A DNA stretch of 64,000 nt, taken from contig CBDHEC010000056.1 in the NCBI GenBank assembly GCA_965261975.1, positions 1-64,000 of the forward strand, written 5' to 3'. Of the stretch, positions 58,417 to 64,000 are shown one piece after another. The translations under genes and the position numbers were made by a program. The notes beneath the pieces are model-generated. The model saw only the letters and a list, made by a program, of their open reading frames with translations, ran no database searches and was not told the DNA's origin. Within the stretch, counting starts at the first letter, position 1; the number at the start of each line of letters is the position of its first letter. Source of the stretch: Alphaproteobacteria bacterium. GTDB lineage: Bacteria; Pseudomonadota; Alphaproteobacteria; UBA6615.

Positions 58417-58869
58417 ATGACAAAGAACAATATTCGAGTCCACGCGACCTGTGTTGCCCTGCCAGACGCGGATGGCGTGTGGTCGGGCGTGTTGTTGCGT
58501 GGCCCGTCCGGCGCCGGGAAATCGGACCTGGCGCTTCGCCTGATCGACGAAGGCGCGCGCCTGGTGGCCGATGATCAGGCAGAGCTTCGGCCGGCCGGCA
58601 ACACGCTCCTGGCGTGCGCACCGGAAACCATCGCCGGGAAGATAGAGGCGCGCGGCGTCGGCATCGTCGAATTGCCTTATGTGGACGCGGTGCCGCTGCG
58701 GCTCGTTTGCGATCTGGTAGCCCCCGGTGAGGACCGGGTCGCGCGGCTTCCCGAACCCGCTGTGGTGCGCCTTGCGGGCATCGAACTCCCGCTGGTCACG
58801 CTGACGCCCTTTGAGGCCTCGGCGCCGGCCAAGCTTCGTTTGGTGTTCGGGATGCCCCTCAAGGTATAG
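58417..58869 (+). CDS. hprK: short alphaproteobacterial HPr kinase/phosphorylase
   Basis: VHATCV, GPSGAGKSDLAL, LVADD, IEARGVGI. Confidence 0.9.
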   Translation: MTKNNIRVHATCVALPDADGVWSGVLLRGPSGAGKSDLALRLIDEGARLVADDQAELRPAGNTLLACAPETIAGKIEARGVGIVELPYVDAVPLRLVCDLVAPGEDRVARLPEPAVVRLAGIELPLVTLTPFEASAPAKLRLVFGMPLKV

Positions 58870-58900
58870 TCCGTTCGTCCAACAGAGCTGCCGACCTGCC

Positions 58901-59833
58901 ATGTCAGAAACGAATCAGACCGAAGCCGAAGATCCTGCCCCGCCATTGTCGCTGGCCGGCCGGGTGCTGGTGGTGACGGGCTTGTCGGGGGCCGGCCGGA
59001 CGACCGCGCTGAAGGCGCTGGAAGACATGAACTGCGAGGCGGTCGACAATTTGCCGGTGCGGCTTATGGGGACCCTTGTGCGCCAGGGCCCCGCGGAGGG
59101 GCGCGGTTTGGCGATCGGCGTTGACGTGCGCACCCGCGATTTCAATGCCGACAGGTTCGCCCAGGAAATTGACGCGTTGCGGTCAGCCGTCGATGCGCCG
59201 GTCGAGATGCTGTTCCTGGACAGCGATGATGACGTCATTGAACGACGCTATACCGAGACCCGCCGGGTACATCCCATGGCGAGTGATCGCCCGCTTGCCG
59301 ACGGCATCGCCGCTGAGCGGCGCCTGCTGGCGCCGCTTCGCGAGGCGGCTGATTTCGTCATCGATACCAGCCACTCGAACATTCATGAGTTCGCGCGTTT
59401 GTTGCGCGACCGCATGGTCGGCGCCGCGACGGGCGAGGCGAATGTGCTGGTGACGTCCTTCTCCTATCGTCACGGCGTGCCGCGGGACGCAGATATGGTC
59501 ATCGATGTGCGATTTCTTCGTAATCCGCATTACGACCCGGCGCTGCGCCCGCTTACGGGGCGCGATCCGGGGGTCGGCGCCTATGTCGCGGCGGACCCGG
59601 ATTTCGATGGTTTCTTTGCCCGTCAGACGGACTTGCTGGCGCTGTTGCTGCCGCGCTTCAATGAAGAGGGCAAAAGTTACCTGACGATCGCGATCGGCTG
59701 CACGGGCGGGCGCCACCGGTCGGTCTATGTGGCCGAACGCCTGCGGGACTGGATCGCCGAACGCATGAGCCATGTGGAATTGCGCCATCGGGAATTGTCC
59801 TTTGACGCCAATGCGGACCAGGAATCGCCATGA
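58901..59833 (+). CDS. rapZ: RNase adapter RapZ (YvcJ family)
   Basis: TGLSGAGRT, VDNLP, RYTETRRVHP, DVRFLRNP, GCTGGRHRSV. Confidence 0.92.
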   Translation: MSETNQTEAEDPAPPLSLAGRVLVVTGLSGAGRTTALKALEDMNCEAVDNLPVRLMGTLVRQGPAEGRGLAIGVDVRTRDFNADRFAQEIDALRSAVDAPVEMLFLDSDDDVIERRYTETRRVHPMASDRPLADGIAAERRLLAPLREAADFVIDTSHSNIHEFARLLRDRMVGAATGEANVLVTSFSYRHGVPRDADMVIDVRFLRNPHYDPALRPLTGRDPGVGAYVAADPDFDGFFARQTDLLALLLPRFNEEGKSYLTIAIGCTGGRHRSVYVAERLRDWIAERMSHVELRHRELSFDANADQESP

Positions 59834-60249
59834 TCGGATTGCTGCTTGTGACTCATGGCCGGCTTGCCGATGAGTTTCTTGCCGCCCTTGAGCATGTCGT
59901 GGGGCCGCAGGATCAGATCGAGACCGTCTCCATCGATGCCGATGACGATATGGGGCAACGCCAGCAGGACATCGTTGACGCGGTGGCACGGGTCGCGAGT
60001 GGCGAGGGTGTTGTCATCCTGACCGATATGTTTGGCGGAACGCCCTCGAACCTGGCCATTTCCGTGATGGATACCAAGCAGGAGGGCGGGCCGGTGGAAG
60101 TGATCGCCGGTCTGAACCTGCCGATGCTGATCAAGCTGGCGCAGGCGCGCGGTGACATGGAGTTTTCAGCGCTTGTCGAGGCTGCGCAGGCCGCGGGGCG
60201 CAAATACATCAGCGTTGCGTCTGCGCTGCTGGGCTCGAAGCAGGCCTAG
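59830..60249 (+). CDS. manX: PTS EIIA mannose-type component
   Basis: MIGLLLVTHG, LTDMFGGTPSN, AGLNLPML. Confidence 0.9.
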   Translation: MIGLLLVTHGRLADEFLAALEHVVGPQDQIETVSIDADDDMGQRQQDIVDAVARVASGEGVVILTDMFGGTPSNLAISVMDTKQEGGPVEVIAGLNLPMLIKLAQARGDMEFSALVEAAQAAGRKYISVASALLGSKQA

Positions 60250-60254
60250 TTGCG

Positions 60255-60533
60255 ATGACAGCCGGCTCACTTTCAAGGGTGGTCGAAATCACAAACAGCC
60301 GGGGCCTGCATGCACGCGCTGCCGCGCGATTTGTGCGTCTGGCAGAAACATTCGAGGCCGACATTTCCGTTGAGAAGGACGGAGCGTCGGTCCCCGGCAC
60401 ATCGATTATGGGGCTGATGATGTTTGCAGCGGCGCCTGGTTCGCGAATCACGATCAGCGCGTCGGGTGCGGATGCGCAGGCTGCGCTGGACGCCCTTGCG
60501 GGGCTCGTCGAGGACGGGTTTGGCGAGGAGTAG
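60255..60533 (+). CDS. ptsH: HPr/NPr phosphocarrier
   Basis: GLHARAAA (His15 motif), TSIMGLM (Ser46 motif). Confidence 0.92.
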   Translation: MTAGSLSRVVEITNSRGLHARAAARFVRLAETFEADISVEKDGASVPGTSIMGLMMFAAAPGSRITISASGADAQAALDALAGLVEDGFGEE

Positions 60534-60544
60534 ACCCGTGAACG

Positions 60545-60575
60545 AAAAACGGCGCCCCGCCGGGGCGCCGTTCTC
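60545..60575. terminator. intrinsic terminator between convergent ptsH and porin
   Basis: aaaaacggcgcccc-gcc-ggggcgccgttctc. Confidence 0.75.
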
Positions 60576-60596
60576 GCGACCTTCTGTCTCTGGTGA

Positions 60597-61736
60597 CTAG
60601 AAGGTGAACTGGTTGCTGATGATGAAGGCCGTACCGTCGTTGTTCACTTCGACGGCTGTGGCGTTGATGTTGTCGGCCTCGGCGACATGCAGGGATGCCA
60701 TCAGCTCCCAACCCGGCGCCACTTCATAGGAGCCGTCGAGGGAGATGATGTTGATGTCGGTGTCGCCGCCGCTGCCTATCGGGTTTGACACGGAACTCTC
60801 GAACCAGCCGAGGCTGACGCCCCAGGGGCCAGTTCTGTATGACGCACCGAGCTGATAGTAGGAGCCCGCGTCACCGCCGGCTGCGATCGTCGCCGTCGTA
60901 ACACCCTTGTCCGAGAAGTCGACATACTCGGCGCCGAGGCCGATGCCGCCGAACGTGATGTTCGCGCCGACGCCGACAGTCTCGAGTTCGCCTTCTGCGT
61001 CGGCACCCGCCGCGGTCTCACTGTCGCCGAACTCACCGCTCAGGCTGACCGCGAACGAAACATTGTCGAAGTTGCCTTCATAGTTGATGGCGGCGGCGAA
61101 GGTGTTCTCGAAGTCGCCGTCTGCATCGGAGTCAGACGTGGCCGGTCCGCCCGAGACCTCGCCCGTGTCCGGGGTCAGCGACGCGCCGACCTGGAAGCCG
61201 GCCATGCGCGGGGAGAAGTAGGTGATTTTGGTCGCATCGCCGGTGTCGGAGATGCCCGGGGCGGAGATGCCACTGCCCGTGCCGAAGCCGATGTAGTCGG
61301 AGGCATCGCCATCCGCACCGGCGCGGCCCACGAGGATCCCGTGAGCGGCAACGTGCATGCGGTCGGTGGCGTCGTCCTGGTCACCCAGTTCGACCCGACC
61401 CCAGTTGTCGCTGTCGACGAAGGCCCAGGCCTCGTCGGTGTTGGTCGTATCGGCGCCGCCGGCGTTAAACTCGATGTTGACGCCGTATTTGAGGCCGTTG
61501 TCCGCGGTCGCCTCGGCGCTGATATTGATCTCGGATTCGTCGACCGAGAAGGTGTAGCCGCGACCCACCGTGTCCGTGACGTCCTGGTCGATCAAGGCGA
61601 CGTTGAAGCGGAACTCACCGCCCAGGGTCAGGCTCAGGGCGTCTCTCGACCCGACCTGGCCGGCAATCGCCGGGGTCGTGAGCATGGCGGCGCCGACGAG
61701 CGCACTGGTGCCCAGCAAAATTCTCTTCGTATTCAT
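60597..61736 (-). CDS. outer-membrane porin (copy 1)
   Basis: Signal peptide, ATADNGLKYG, GRVELGDQD, KITYFSPRMAGFQVGAS, C-terminal Phe. Confidence 0.88.
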   Translation of the reverse strand: MNTKRILLGTSALVGAAMLTTPAIAGQVGSRDALSLTLGGEFRFNVALIDQDVTDTVGRGYTFSVDESEINISAEATADNGLKYGVNIEFNAGGADTTNTDEAWAFVDSDNWGRVELGDQDDATDRMHVAAHGILVGRAGADGDASDYIGFGTGSGISAPGISDTGDATKITYFSPRMAGFQVGASLTPDTGEVSGGPATSDSDADGDFENTFAAAINYEGNFDNVSFAVSLSGEFGDSETAAGADAEGELETVGVGANITFGGIGLGAEYVDFSDKGVTTATIAAGGDAGSYYQLGASYRTGPWGVSLGWFESSVSNPIGSGGDTDINIISLDGSYEVAPGWELMASLHVAEADNINATAVEVNNDGTAFIISNQFTF

Positions 61737-62061
61737 GGGAATCAATCTCCAACAAGTGGATCTCGCACATCATGCGCAAGATAGTGACGTTATAACATTA
61801 CTTTTTTCAGACACAACATCCGTATTTGCCGGACCAGACCGGGCCCGAATTCTCTGCGCTGCGTCCTCCACTTTGCTGGGATTTTGCTTATTTGTTTTTT
61901 GCCGTGGAACGCCGGTCATCCTATTCGGATGCACTCACACTGCAATCCCGAATGCCGATTCGGGACCGTTATTCCTTGCCGGTGTTGCCAAAAAACATCA
62001 ATTAAATGAATAGGTTGCACGATATTTGGGCATCCGTGCCCAAACAGTATGCAGATCGGCC

Positions 62062-62093
62062 AAAAAAACGCGGCACCCAAAAGGGGCGCCGCG
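62062..62093 (-). terminator. intrinsic terminator of porin copy 2
   Basis: Minus strand GC-rich hairpin gcggcgcccc-tttt-gggtgccgcg followed by a T7 tract. Confidence 0.7.
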
Positions 62094-62136
62094 CGGGGGG
62101 TTGATTGTGCGGGCCCCGGGGGGGGCGCAGGGGGGA

Positions 62137-63270
62137 TTAAAACTTGAACTGGTTGCTGACGATGAAGGCCGTGCCATCGTTGTTTACTTCGGCGGCCGTC
62201 GAGTTCATGTTGTCCACTTCACCGAGATGCAGGGACGCCATCAACTCCCAGCCCGGCGCCACGTTGTAGGCACCATCGAGCGAGATGATGGTGACATCGG
62301 TATCGCCACCGCTGCCCGTCGCGTTGGAGACGGAGCTTTCAAACCAGCCGAGGCTGACGCCCCAGGGGCCAGTCTGGTACGACGCGCCGAGCTGATAGTA
62401 GTTGCCCGCGTCCCGACCGGCAGTGCGGGCTGCCGCAGCGATACCCTTTTCGGCGAAGTCGACATATTCCGCCCCGAGCCCGATGCCGGCGAAGGTGACA
62501 TTGATACCCACGCCGATGGTCTCGATCTCGCCTTCGGTGTCGGCACCGGTCGCAGTTTCGCTGTCGCCGAACTCGCCGATGAGGCCCGCCTCGATCCCGA
62601 CATCGTCGAACTTGCCCTTGTAGTTGATGGCCAGGCCAAAGACATTTTCGAAATCGCCGTCATTGTCGGCATCGGACGTGGCCGGTCCGCCCGAGACCTC
62701 GCCCGAGTCCGGGGTCAGCGAACCACCGATCTGGATCCCGCCAAAGCGGGGCGAGAAATAGCTAACTTTCGTGTCGTCACTGGTAGAATCGACACCCGGT
62801 GCATCGATGGCCGTACCGCCGAAAGCAATGTAGTCGGCCGAGTCACCGTCGGCACCGGCCCGGCCCACGAGGATATTGTGCGCAGCGACATGCATGCGAT
62901 CGGTCGTATCGTCCTGGTCGCCCATTTCGACGCGACCCCAGGAATCACTGTCGATGAAGGCATATGCCTCGTCGGCATTGGCCGTATCGCCGGCGCCGGC
63001 GTTCAATTCGATATTGACGCCGTAATTGAGGCCGTTGTCCGCGGTCGCCTTGGCACCGATCTTGATCTCGGATTCATCCACCGAGAAGGTGTAGCCGCGC
63101 CCGGCGGCCGCCGATACGTCCTGGTCGATGAAGGCGACGTTGAACCGGAGTTCGCCGCCAAGGGTCACGCTCATCATGTCCTTGGAGCCGACCTGGCCCG
63201 CGCTTGCCGGCAGCGCCAGCGCGGCGATACCTGCGAGGGCCGAGCCCCCAAGTAGAACTTTCTTGAACAT
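62137..63270 (-). CDS. outer-membrane porin (copy 2)
   Basis: MFKKVLLGGSAL signal, ATADNGLNYG, KVSYFSPRFGG, ends NQFKF; paralogue of 60597-61736. Confidence 0.88.
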   Translation of the reverse strand: MFKKVLLGGSALAGIAALALPASAGQVGSKDMMSVTLGGELRFNVAFIDQDVSAAAGRGYTFSVDESEIKIGAKATADNGLNYGVNIELNAGAGDTANADEAYAFIDSDSWGRVEMGDQDDTTDRMHVAAHNILVGRAGADGDSADYIAFGGTAIDAPGVDSTSDDTKVSYFSPRFGGIQIGGSLTPDSGEVSGGPATSDADNDGDFENVFGLAINYKGKFDDVGIEAGLIGEFGDSETATGADTEGEIETIGVGINVTFAGIGLGAEYVDFAEKGIAAAARTAGRDAGNYYQLGASYQTGPWGVSLGWFESSVSNATGSGGDTDVTIISLDGAYNVAPGWELMASLHLGEVDNMNSTAAEVNNDGTAFIVSNQFKF

Positions 63271-63568
63271 CGCTCAAATACCTCCGAAGCGGTGCTGGTT
63301 GAAAAAATATGGCCGGGTTCGGCCTCGTTGTGTGTCTTCGCAGATGTTCTAGAGCGCACGTGTTACAGCGCAGTGTCAGCGATGGATGAATCAGATGCTT
63401 TTGTCGGTTTTCGTCACACTGTTGCACTTTAGTCACTTGGTGCAATGATGCCTTAATCGGCGACAACATTCTCATGGTTGCCGATCGGTTGTGGCGACCC
63501 CAGTTGCTCTGCTATACGCCGCTCGCGGACGGGCGTACCCGTCGAACAAATTCTATTGGAGAGAAAGC

Positions 63569-64000
63569 ATGGCTTCCGCTGCCGATACACCCGCCGGCGA
63601 CGGCGATTACATTGTCGCCGATATTTCACTGGCCGATTGGGGCCGAAAAGAGCTCGATCTTGCCGAGGTGGAGATGCCGGGCCTGATGGCGCTGCGCGAG
63701 GAGTATGGCGAATCCAAGCCGCTCGCAGGTGCGCGGATCGCCGGCTCGTTGCACATGACCATCCAGACGGCCGTGCTGATCGAGACGCTGCAGGCGCTCG
63801 GCGCCGATGTCCGCTGGGCGTCGTGCAATATCTACTCCACGCAAGACCATGCCGCCGCCGCGATTGCCGCGACCGGTACGCCCGTCTTTGCGACCAAGGG
63901 CGAGACGCTCGAGGAATATTGGGACTACGCCCACCGAATCTTCGACTGGTCCGACGGCGGCGTTCCCAACATGATCCTGGACGATGGTGGCGATGCGACA
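63569..64000 (+). CDS. ahcY: adenosylhomocysteinase (runs off window end)
   Basis: Manual translation: [28 protein letters not shown]...[21 protein letters not shown]...[14 protein letters not shown]. Confidence 0.95.
   Translation, partial: MASAADTPAGDGDYIVADISLADWGRKELDLAEVEMPGLMALREEYGESKPLAGARIAGSLHMTIQTAVLIETLQALGADVRWASCNIYSTQDHAAAAIAATGTPVFATKGETLEEYWDYAHRIFDWSDGGVPNMILDDGGDAT

Noticed and set aside
63400-63568. SAH or SAM-SAH riboswitch upstream of ahcY
   Set aside because: Only a short hairpin is visible; conserved riboswitch motifs were not recognised. An Infernal search would settle it.
1-64000. CRISPR arrays, IS elements, prophage or rRNA genes
   Set aside because: No regularly spaced repeats, transposase/integrase/phage motifs or rRNA-like sequence were seen.

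Overview
GC-rich alphaproteobacterial (Rhodospirillales-like) chromosomal window. 1-16.3 kb is a large cobalamin cluster (cbiG-cobJ, cobI, cobL, cobH, cbiX, cobD, frameshifted cobQ, cobO, cobN, cobW, cobU, B12 riboswitch, cobC-like phosphatase, cobS, cobT). It is followed by a GNAT acetyltransferase split by an in-frame TGA, a cupin and regB-regA. Next come a truncated HprK-like kinase joined to a surface-glycan cluster (GT2, wcaI, FkbM, hldE), mmcB, a small twin-arginine Lys-rich peptide with a TPR-methyltransferase, tRNA-Arg(CCG), msrB, polA and an acyl-activation cluster (SDR, MBL, FabH-like, ANL ligase). The right part holds a PAS kinase with CtrA-like boxes, metal homeostasis genes (Fur-like box, HugZ, PCuAC, SCO), and the chvI-chvG-hprK-rapZ-EIIA-ptsH-ahcY locus, interrupted by a GntR-type catabolic block and by two tandem porins. 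The best candidate for a new system is the GNAT at 16280-16819 (-): its TGA sits at a position where homologues, as I recall them, have Cys, and it is followed by an fdhF-like SECIS hairpin, so it is a putative selenoprotein acetyltransferase. Three abrupt gene-to-gene junctions (~19960, ~42052, ~53468) and two single-base indels indicate deletions or assembly artefacts. All calls come from motif recognition by eye; no database searches were run.
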